Shown here: in pieces, positions 10,262 to 19,775 of the stretch
Layout of the letters: every line of letters starts with the position of its first letter
Position numbering within the stretch: the stretch's first letter is position 1
Notes under the pieces: generated by a model
The model's input: only the letters and a program-made list of their open reading frames with translations
What the model was told of the DNA's origin: nothing
Database searches by the model: none
Source of the DNA: Macrostomum lignano
Lineage: Eukaryota
NCBI GenBank assembly: GCA_002269645.1
Contig: NIVC01004911.1
Span: 1-31,772, forward strand
DNA: 31,772 nucleotides
Direction of reading: 5' to 3'
Translations under genes and position numbers: made by a program

Positions 10262-10742
10262 ACCGGTATCCTACTGCCCAGTACCGGTATCTGATCGTCC
10301 AGTAACGGTATCTTATAGTCATCACCGGTATCTCTAGTCCATCACCGGTATTTTACAGTCCATCACCGGTATCTTATAGTCCATCACCGGTATCTTATAT
10401 TCATCACCGGTATATTTAGTCCATCACCGGTATCTTATAGTCATCACCGGTATCTCTAGTCCATCACCGGTATTTTAAAGTCCATCACCGGTATCTTATA
10501 GTCCATCACCGGTATCTTATAGTCCATCACCGTTATCTTATAGTCCATCACCGGTATCTTATAGTCATCACCGGTATCTTATAGTCTATCACCGTTATCT
10601 TATAGTCCATCACCGGTATCTTATAGTCATCACCGGTATCTTATAGTCATCACCGGTATCTTATAGTCCATCACCGTTATCCTATAGTCCATCACCGGTA
10701 TCTTATAGTCCATCACCGGTATCTTATAGTCATCACCGGTAT
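10262..10742. repeat. 20-21-bp minisatellite (CACCGGTATCTTATAGTCCAT)n, about 23 units
   Basis: Read directly; GPAA1 intron 4, starts right after SINE copy 1. Confidence 0.95.
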
Positions 10743-10749
10743 CATACAT

Positions 10750-10905
10750 GCGCAACTTTGGGAATCACCCGGCCGTTTCTATTGGCAACACACACATGTA
10801 AGTCGCTATTGGCTGAGAGCGGTCACGTGACTACTATTCCGTCCAATAGCGACTTACATGTGTGTGTTGTCAATAGAAACGGCCGAGAGAATCCCAAGGT
10901 TGCGC
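10750..10905. repeat. Foldback or MITE-like inverted repeat, 63-bp arms and 30-nt loop
   Basis: 10750-10812 pairs with 10843-10905 without gaps (58/63 Watson-Crick); the loop contains GTCACGTGAC. Confidence 0.9.
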
Positions 10906-10990
10906 CCAAGCATGACCGGTATCTAGGTGATACTATTATGGAATAGCAACTGCTCAGCTCTGCACTTACCCGCCCCCTGCACCCGGACAG

Positions 10991-11343
10991 GCCAGACGCA
11001 CTGGGCCAAGGACACCATCTTTCTGTTCACCGAGATGGAGACGGTCGGCCTGCAGGCCTGGCTGTACGCCCACCATGGCGAATCCAGCCTGCTGAAGCCC
11101 AGCATCTCGGTGTCCGATCCGCCCCATCGCTCAGGCAGCATCCAGGCCGCTGTGGCTCTGGAATTTGCTGGCGTGTCCGGCTGGCAGCGGGCCAGGCTGC
11201 ATGTGGAAGGCGTGAACGGCGTGCTGCCGAACCTGGACCTGGTCAACACTGTGGTGCGCATCGCTGGCAAGCATGGGGTGCGCCTGGAACTTCACGGCTC
11301 CGACAGGCAGCCCGCGCTGCTGCTGCGCTCTCTGCTGTACCAG
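10991..11343 (+). CDS. GPAA1: GPAA1 exon 5
   Basis: ggacag|GC...CAG|gtgaga; WAKDTIFLFTE...GSIQAAVALE...EGVNGVLPNLDLVN, the GPAA1 signature. Confidence 0.93.
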
Positions 11344-11532
11344 GTGAGATCAGCTGACTCGCTCTGGGATTGATTCGGTCATTTTCTTGGGTCTTTTAAG
11401 TCATTTGAGTCAAGGTGTTCGTTTTGGGTCAGTTGTGGGTCAATGTGTTTTTTGGGTTGTGAGAAAGTGTTTTGTTTTGGGTCAGATCTTGTTTTTGCAA
11501 TGGGCTTCTTATATTATATTTTGGTCAATGGG

Positions 11533-11866
11533 TTCAGTGAGTCATTCGTCGCTTCAGTGAGTCATGTCTAGGTTCAATGGGTCATACTCCTAGGTACATT
11601 CAACGAGTCATGAGTAGATTCAGTGAGTCATGGATAGATTCAGTGCGTCATGGGTAGATTCAGTGAGTCATGAGTAGATTCAGTGAGTCATGGCTAGAGT
11701 AGATTCAGTGAGTCATGAGTAGATTCAGTGAGTCATGGCTAGAGTAGATTCAGTGAGTCGTGAGTAGATTCAGTGAGTCATGAGTAGATTCAGTGAGTCA
11801 TGGCTAGAGTAGATTCAGTGAGTCATGAGTAGATTCAGTGAGTCATGAGTAGATTCAGTGAGTCAT
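11533..11866. repeat. 20/25-bp minisatellite (GAGTAGATTCAGTGAGTCAT +/- GGCTA)
   Basis: Read directly; GPAA1 intron 5. Confidence 0.95.
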
Positions 11867-11897
11867 GTTCGCTACTCTTTGAACCGCCACCCCACAG

Positions 11898-12389
11898 GCC
11901 AGCGGCAGCCCCGCCTCCCTCCACGGCCTGTTCCTGCCGTTCGACATTCCCGCCGTCGGGCTGAGCGGCGAAGGTCGTGCCGCCGCCTCCTCCTCGGCCA
12001 CCCGGACGGCCGGCGCCGTCGTGGAGGCGATCTGGCGCTCGCTGAACAACCTGCAGGAGCGGTTCCACCAGTCCTTTTTCTTCTATGCCCTGCCGGCGAT
12101 CGATCGGTACGTGAGCATCGGCGACTACACCCCGCCACTCGGTGTCGTACTGCTCGCCCTCGCCCTCGCCGCTATCGACTCTCTGGTTGTCGGTTTCGGC
12201 GATGGCGACGCGTCGACAAAGCCGAAAAGCGCCGGCGGCGGTGTGGTCGGCCCGGTGGCCCGGCTGTGCGTCATGGCCGGCTGCTTCGGCCTGCTGGCGT
12301 TGGTGGCACCGGCATACTTCATCAGGACCGCCGCCGCCTTCCGCATCGACCCGGGCGCCGGCATGCTGATCGGCCTGCTGGCTGTGCAG
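11898..12389 (+). CDS. GPAA1: GPAA1 exon 6
   Basis: cccacag|GCC...CAG|gtgggg; ASGSPASLHGLF...RSLNNLQERFHQSFFFY...RYVSIGDY, then TM helices. Confidence 0.92.
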
Positions 12390-12396
12390 GTGGGGT

Positions 12397-12686
12397 GTGG
12401 GGAATTTTCGGGCTGTGGGGAATTTATGGGATGTGGGGAATTTATGGGATGTGGGGAATTTATGGGATGTGGGGAATTTATGGGATGTGGGGAATTTTTG
12501 GAATGTGGGGAATTTATGGGGTGTGGGGAACTTATAGGATGTCGGGAATTTATGGGGTGTGGGGAATTTATGGGATGTGGGGAATCTATAGGGCGTGGGC
12601 AATTTATGGGGTGTGGGGAATTTATATAATCTAAGGAGTTTCTAAGTTGCAGGGAATTTTGTAAGGTGTGGGGTACTTTTTGAGGG
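12397..12686. repeat. 18-bp G-rich minisatellite (GTGGGGAATTTATGGGAT)n, about 13 units plus degenerate ones
   Basis: Read directly; starts 7 nt into GPAA1 intron 6. Confidence 0.95.
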
Positions 12687-12724
12687 TAAATAACTGCTCT
12701 GTAATATTTCTGGTAGTTCGGTAG

Positions 12725-13200
12725 ATCAATTAGTCAATTCGGTACATCAATTAGGCAGTTCAGTACATCAATTAGGCAGTTCGGTACATCAATTAGGCAG
12801 TTCGGTAGATCAATTAGGCAGTTCGGTACATCAATTAGGCAGTTCGGTACATCAATTAGGCAGTTCGATAGATCAATTAGGCAGTTCGGTACATTACTTA
12901 GGCAGTTCGGTACATCAATTAGGCAGTTCGGTACATCAATTAGGCAGTTCGGTACATCAATTAGGCAGTTCGGTACATTATTAGGCAGTTCGGTACATCA
13001 ATTAGGCAGTTCGGTAGATCAATTAGGCAGTTCGGTAGATCAATTAGGCAGTTCGGTAGATCAATTAGGCAGTTCGGTAGATCAATTAGGCAGTTCGGTA
13101 GATCAATTAGGCAGTTCGGTAGATCAATTAGGCAGTTCGGTAGATCAATTAGGCAGTTCGGTAGATCAATTAGGCAGTTCGGTAGATCAATTAGGCAGTT
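12725..13200. repeat. 21-bp minisatellite (CAATTAGGCAGTTCGGTAGAT/ACAT)n, about 22 units
   Basis: Read directly; 3' half of GPAA1 intron 6, ends just before the branch point and acceptor. Confidence 0.96.
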
Positions 13201-13228
13201 TAGTCCGCTGACCTCTGCCCTCCTGCAG

Positions 13229-13759
13229 GCGATGGCCGCCGCCTTTCCGCTGATGTTCCCCAACATGATCGTCGCCTGCCACCCTGGCGCGCTCCGCCTC
13301 GCTGCCTGCCTGTCGCTGGGCCTCAGCCTTGGCGCGGTGTCGCTGGTGAACTTCGGCCTGGCCTTCCTCTCCGCCCTGCCCCTGGCGCCCGTCTGCTTGC
13401 TGGCTGCCGGGCCCGACAGACTGCCGGCAGTCCTTCGGTTCGGCATCGGCACCGTTGCCTTGGCGGCAGCTTCGCCAATCGGCCTGTTGCTAGGCGGTTG
13501 CTATGCCGCCGGCGGAGCCAGAAGCTTAGTGTCGGCGTGGACCTGCGCCGAGTACGGCGCTCTGCAGGGCTACGTTGAAGGCCAGCTGTTGGGCAGCTTC
13601 ACCTACCGGCTGAACTGCCTGATGCTGCTGCCCTGCTGGCTGCTGGCCTGGTGCCAGCTGTTCGCCCGCGCCTGGCCGCGTCCGGCCGCCCCCGCAGCCG
13701 CCGCCGCTGCTGCTGAGGAGACTTCGACCGAGAGTGAGGAGCCAGCCAAAGATAAATAA
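13229..13759 (+). CDS. GPAA1: GPAA1 exon 7 (C-terminal TM helices, stop)
   Basis: tcctgcag|GCG; SLVNFGLAF motif and hydrophobic helices; TAA at 13757-13759. The seven exons total 1899 nt = 632 aa. Confidence 0.88.
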   Translation, partial: AMAAAFPLMFPNMIVACHPGALRLAACLSLGLSLGAVSLVNFGLAFLSALPLAPVCLLAAGPDRLPAVLRFGIGTVALAAASPIGLLLGGCYAAGGARSLVSAWTCAEYGALQGYVEGQLLGSFTYRLNCLMLLPCWLLAWCQLFARAWPRPAAPAAAAAAAEETSTESEEPAKDK

Positions 13760-14777
13760 GATTTAACCTGGCTGAGTAAGTTAAGGCGGCTCTTCTCGAT
13801 GCTTAACCAACTGTCTATGTGCAAATCTGATTTCTTCTTTGTTGCTTTTCTCTTTTTCTCTTGTTTTGACTTTTTGATTAGTTTTCATAATAATAGCTTT
13901 TTGCAGCCTATTTGGGCTTTAAACGCATTGAAATTAACAGTAGAACTTGAGGCAATCTGTTGCTACCTGTTGAAGGTCCAGAAGCTCCGCCTGGGTGAAG
14001 GCCAGTGACAAGCGGAGTCAAAGCTGATGCAGACACGTGTGGACTTTCGACCACAGACAAAATTTCGGCAGGTATGATAGTGCCCGTATGTTTGTTAAAG
14101 TCAAGGAGCTTTTGTCTATGGTAGCAATTGGCTGGTATTTGATTTGGTCACTAAAATTCTCTTTTTGAATTTTTGTTACAGTTGAGTAGATGGCATTTTA
14201 TTGACGTCACCTTATCAGTACAGTGAAATCTGCTCAAATATATTGCATCACACAGCTATCACTCACGAGTTGGCTTTCACAGCCGCTATGGACCAAGTTA
14301 AATGCTTCTGTCTTAAGCCCAAATAGGCTGCAAAATGCTATATAGCAATGTTCCTTGTGCGCTATACTTGTTGTTACATAACTTTTAGCCTGTTAGTCGC
14401 CTGTCTTACAAGACCTGTTTCCAGCTGTGTCAATGCGAGCTCTGACCTTCTTTGTTCCCCCTAATTTTTACCTACTTTCGCGAGACGTAAAATACATTCG
14501 ATATAAACTTTCTCATTGTGTTTCAAAGTTTTTACTGTTGTGCGTTAAAAGCTCGAAAAAATCAAATTTAATTCTTGTTTTTGTGTTCGTTTCTTTGATT
14601 CGATGCACTTGACGGGGTCCTATATTTGCTCAGCAAGCGCTCAGCAAGCTGTGGCAGCAGCATCTCCAACTGCGAGACTGGAAGGTCGCTGTCGACAGCA
14701 ACTTTGCTGAGTAGTTGGGGGGGGGGGGGGCCGTGACCTGACGGAAGTCGGTGAAATTAATTTGTACCGACCGCGTA

Positions 14778-14960
14778 CAATATCTGCTCATATCTCGCAG
14801 ATTAAACTAAAATATCTGCTCATATCTCGCAGATTAAACTACAATATCTGCTCATATCTCACAGGTTAAACTACAATATCTGCTGATATCTCGCAGATTA
14901 AACTACAATATCTGCTCATATCTCGCAGATTAAACTGCAATATCTGCTCATATCTCGCAC
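14778..14960. repeat. 32-bp tandem repeat (CAATATCTGCTCATATCTCGCAGATTAAACTA), about 5.7 units
   Basis: Read directly; no spacers between units. Confidence 0.93.
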
Positions 14961-16439
14961 ATGAAGTTCGGGAAATTCAGCATTCTTAATTATTCGCTTT
15001 TAGAGTCTAAAGACAATGTTCACTAGCCGACATCGTCTGTGGAACCTGATAGCTGAGAATTCTGCCGTATGAAGCTGTGGAATGATCAGGACAGCTGTAC
15101 ACATACTTGTAACTGCATCAGGCGATAGTCTGGAGGCTGTTGGCATCGTAGCTGTTTCGAGTTCAATCCGAAACGGGATTTTTATGAATGCAACTGAAGC
15201 TGTCGATCTGCTTCATCGGATGCTGTGGGCATCGCGTGAAAATATCCCTTCATTTACTGCTATTCACTGAATGAGATGAGGTGTAGGTCATTATAACTAT
15301 TTCATAAATAGATTCTATATATTTTTATGGTTAGAAGCAACCCTGTGTCACAAACAACAATATACGGTAATCAAATACAGTAAATTTCTACGCTCGTAAT
15401 AAAAGCGTCCTACTTAGTGTACCACTATACGGAGCAAGTTAAATGCATAAGTTTGGACCCTAAAATAATCAAATGCATTAAATAAAATCCTATATAAAGA
15501 CGGTAGCGAGCAGGTGATCAAGAGACTCGTCGTCAATAGAAGTTGAAAACCCTTGTCCTCGCGCTACATTCCCTATTTTAGAGCAATTTGTCAACGCTTT
15601 TCTTATCTTTCAGGGCCTCTGCTTGAGTCCTTACTGTACGGGACTTTGCAAGATGCACTGGTTTCACCCGGTCAAGTTCAAAAGTTGAGTTCATCCAGGA
15701 TCCCCCATAGTATATCAACTGGGAAAAATAACTCAATATGGACTTGCATTTGCAGAGACCATTTCTCACCATATTTGTATTTCAGTAATTTCATAATCTT
15801 TACAATGGAAATCGAAGTTAAATCAATAACTGGAGTTTAAAAACGGTTCAATGACAATTTTAAAGCAAAAGAGCCCAAGTGTTGAAAAGTATTGAATGAA
15901 AAACAATCCATGAACTACTGTTGTAAGGCTTATATGGGTCCAAATTCTCTTAAAATTCGATTTTTAATAATGCGGGAATTGCTCAAAGTTTCTCCCTACT
16001 CGCTCAACTCCGCGTCATCCGTCGATGCGAGTTCCTGAGGCCGCAGTAACACCGGAGCCTTCATTGCGTGCGAGCAGTCGCAGATGCTCTCCGAAACTCC
16101 TCCTTCGGAGACGTGACATCCCGCTGGAATTGCACATCAGGACTCTTGCCGCAGCTGGCGCACTTCAACAAGAACTTACATCGAAAACGGACTCCAACCC
16201 GCGAACTCTCTGGTGCAGGTGAAGTCCAGTCGGGCACTCTTTACGAGCGTAAGTTCAACCCCCCCCCCCAGACACGGTAATTTCAATGAGATCCATATCG
16301 GTACAAATCTGGCTAGAAATCTGAAAAATTTAGATTTTTCAAAATTTAGATTAAAAAAAAAGTCTAAGTGGCTTAGACTTGATGTTTTGCTTTAGCGGTT
16401 GTATCCTTCACTACTCTCACCTGTCGTCGTAAAGCTTAG

Positions 16440-16690
16440 CTAGACAGCTCGATTCCGACTCCGTCGATGAGCGCTGAACCCAGTCAGAGCGCTGCCAAGG
16501 ATACCCCTGGGCACCTGAACTACCAGCGAGTCTGGTAGCTGACTCTCCCCGCTGATCACGCCTAGAACGAAGTGCTCACAGTTGTTGGTCAGCGGGTTGT
16601 AACTGGCCTTGCCAACTTGGTAGAGACACTCCTTGGACTACCTGAGAGCGTTTCTTCGCGCTGAATTTGCAGTTGTACACTCGAATGGTT
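16440..16690 (-). pseudogene. LRAT/PLAAT (H-rev107)-like NlpC/P60 fragment, frame disrupted
   Basis: 16637 to 16440 reads SKECLYQVGKASYNPLTNNCEHFVLGVISGESQ...GILGSALTGFSAHRRSRNRAV* (NCEHF catalytic motif). The preceding IRVYNCKFSAKKRSQVVQ is in another frame, and an in-frame TAG lies at 16638-16640. Confidence 0.6.
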
Positions 16691-17667
16691 CATTCTAAAT
16701 ACATAATTCATTCTAAATACATAAGCAATTTATAATCGTATATTTGGATAACAAATTTTAGCACACTTGCTGCACTGTCAATATGATAAGTAACAAAATT
16801 GGGCCCTTTTGCTATGCTATCAAAAAGACTACTCATACTTTACTACTAACTTGAATATTTAGTAGTAACTTATTCACTGCTTATTTAAAGAAGAGTGGCT
16901 CTGTGAAACCCCGCGGCGGTGAAACAAGCGAAAACAACCACCCAATTACCTGGCAAAATGCACCATCTGTCAAAGCTCAAGATTTGAGTAGATTGACAAT
17001 GCGCTAAAAAAGAGTAGAACACAGCAAGCTGCTTTATGAAGAATGACCTTACACGTTCCAGACAGTCTGTCGCTCTGAGTTGAGCTCGCTTATGTCTCCA
17101 CTGGACGAAAGACTGCAGCTGGACAAAAAAATTGTTAATATGTATACTTATTTAATACAAGCTACATTAGCCTCTACTTATAAAAACTCCAAATTGCAAT
17201 ACTCGTATTTTAAACAGCCGCGGTGCACTTTTACTCTTGTTGACAATAATTTTACTGCTTGCTATCTGCCTGCAAAGGCTTTCAAAGACAAGCAAAAATA
17301 CAAGTTGTGCGCGTTAGCCGCAGATGCGCATTCGAAAGCGATCAGAGATTCCAAAATAAATACCGGAATCAGTGCTAATAAGCGTTCTCCACTCAGTGGT
17401 TAAGCCATAGGATCAGTCTCTACCTAGAAATAATAACTCCATCACGGTCTTTATCCATAGATTCAGCACGATGACTGTTCATCATCTAAGATACGTTTAT
17501 TAGAGATTCTATTCTGCTATTCAAAAACTAGTAGGCAAATACCAAAAAGTCCTCAACACACCCTGAGCTATTTTTAGCCCAAATCTGCATAAATACTCGA
17601 GCCCACCCACTCAAATTGGGGCTTGTGAAAGCTACGCTCTAACGAGCGCAAACGCGACAGCAGACGA

Positions 17668-18287
17668 ATGGACAAGAATGTCAGTCAGCAAAAGTCTTCG
17701 ATCGGCGAGATCAGCTGCCGAAGACATGGAATTCGTCAGATACTTCTGGAAGAAATTCCATCGGAAAACTGCACGCCGCCAACCGAATCCGAGCTGAGGC
17801 TTTATGCTCTACACGAGTTGGGCATCGATCTTGACCAGGAGCCCGAGTTGAGAAGCCTGGCCCTTGCTGGACTGACATCCCCTCTGCCTCCAGGCTGGCA
17901 GGCTGTTCAACTGCTTTTACCAGTTGACGAGGTTGGTAAAACGGCGGACCCGGAGCCAGGCTGGGTGCTCTATTACTTCAACAGCAGCAGCGGACAGTCC
18001 ACTTGGGAGCACCCGAGCAACGCCAGGTTCCGCCGTCGGGTCGCAAAGCAAAGGCGACGACTTGCTTCAGCCGAGACTGCAGCAGCGGCCGGAGCGACAA
18101 ACGCCGAAGCCGAGTTGCCTTGTCGGGTGGCCCAGTATTTTCGACGTCGTGGACTTTCCATTGAAACTTCTACCAGTCACAATGGTGACGATCGGACGAT
18201 CCACAAGGAGGCTTCAGTGAAGTGTGGATATGACAAACGAGCTCGCAGCCAGCGACCTTCTGTTAAACCGCAAAATTTATCAGCGAG
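17668..18287 (+). CDS. CEP164-like N-terminal WW-domain protein, exon 1
   Basis: QILLEE...PTESELRLYALHELGIDLDQEPEL..LA..GL.SPLPPGW...YYFN...GQSTWEHP is the CEP164-type N-terminal module; AG|gtaagc donor. Confidence 0.85.
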
Positions 18288-18445
18288 GTAAGCAAAAAAC
18301 CAAAGCTAAAAGATCCACAAGATCCGTTTCTGAATATAAATGATACGAGCGTAGCAATCGTAGTAGAGGATGAGCTGACGAACTTCTCAATGAAACAGAA
18401 CTAGGGACTTTTAATTTTACATCTACTTCCCATTTTTCCCCGCAG

Positions 18446-18640
18446 GTGCTCCTCCAGCTCAGCTCTTCCCGATGGCGCGCACTCATCCAGCTTGTGCTCC
18501 GCGGACCTTCACGGGCAGCATCGTCAACAGTACGCCAAGCAGCAACAGACACCGCAAGGTCGACAGCGTCGCAAAAGTGTAACAACAACAACTTCGTCGG
18601 GAGCTGTTGACTCGGTTGACTCTGGCTTTACGAGTAGCAG
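18446..18640 (+). CDS. CEP164-like protein exon 2 (Ser/Gln-rich)
   Basis: tttttccccgcag| acceptor and AG|gtgaga donor; open in the required phase. Confidence 0.7.
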
Positions 18641-18725
18641 GTGAGAAGCGAAATTAATCTACCACATAGTATAGAAACTCATGCTTAATACAGTAAAATA
18701 AAACTGCGAATTTCCACTTTTCCAG

Positions 18726-18879
18726 CGACCAGTTAGAAGCTGAGAGTGGATGTCGGTCGAAAAAGCAGCAGTTCGGTGGTCGAAATCGCCCACTGCTTGA
18801 CTGGTCCCGAGTTTCTCAACGCACGAAAGTCCAGCTTCCACCCAGTGGCTGCAAGCTGGCCAAGAAACATTGCTGCTGA
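18726..18879 (+). CDS. CEP164-like protein exon 3, ends KLAKKHCC*
   Basis: cacttttccag| acceptor with phase 2 continuity; TGA at 18877-18879; total 322 aa. Confidence 0.6.
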
Positions 18880-19775
18880 AGCTGCTTGTCTGTAGACAAC
18901 GCGCGTCTTTTCAAATCTCAATGCAGCAAAACTGGTCTTTGAATGCACCCCTACTTTGCTTGTTAAGTAATTCTCGTAATGAGCTGTCGAATAATGCATT
19001 GCACTCTACTGATAGTACAAATTAAATGTTTATAGCATCGCTATTAAGCATCGTTGTGCATCATTGTTTAAACTAATAAACTGCCTTAAAAAATATATTT
19101 TTCCGCTTTGTCTAAGATTTTAACTTTTAAACTACATGCAATTCAAAAAGCTGCACCAGCATGGAGCAGCCATTTCTTGTATATTAACTGGCCATATTTA
19201 TTCCAAGATCCAGCTCACTTTCCCGCAGGAGACAGACTCTCCCGAATCGCTCTTAAAAGTAACCCACCTTCGTCCCGGGCCCGCTGGTCTGGAAGCAGGA
19301 TGTCACAAGGAATGAAGCAGTGAGGCGGGTGGCCGGTCGGTCCTCCGTCTTCCCAATACTTGTTTCCTCTCCACACTCTCCCGCTCTTCCCCGCTGCAGT
19401 TTCTCTGTCTCACTCCTCGCTCAATCTCGTCTCCTCTTACCTCCGTCCCGCTTTTCCCAAACCGGAGTCGCCGCGTTAACCTCATTCGTCCCCGCGCCTC
19501 CTCACGACTCGGCTCTGGCCCAGCCTCCCCGCCCAGCCTCATCTCAACCCACCCAAAAAGCGAGTTTCGCTTCCCCTCGAGGCCAGACGCGAGAAGCGCT
19601 GCAGGATTAGGGATTATCTGGGTATGGGAGAGAAATCGAAGTCCTCTTCAATTCCACCCCAGTTGGACGAGACATCACGGATGTGAAAAAGCAAGGCAGG
19701 TAAAACTAGGTTCGAATCCATTGCCCAGCTTGAGAGTCCCCGATTCACTCTCAAATTCTGGTTGAAGAATCGCGA

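Noticed and set aside
11835-13452. ORFs with FPTSHK, GIYGMW, CGEFMG and LPNCLID repeats
   Set aside because: The repeats come from 18- and 21-bp intronic arrays whose lengths are multiples of 3; the real GPAA1 exons are bounded by canonical splice sites.
14778-14960. CRISPR array (32-bp partly palindromic repeat)
   Set aside because: Units are contiguous with no spacers, no cas genes, and the context is eukaryotic; the same applies to the other arrays.
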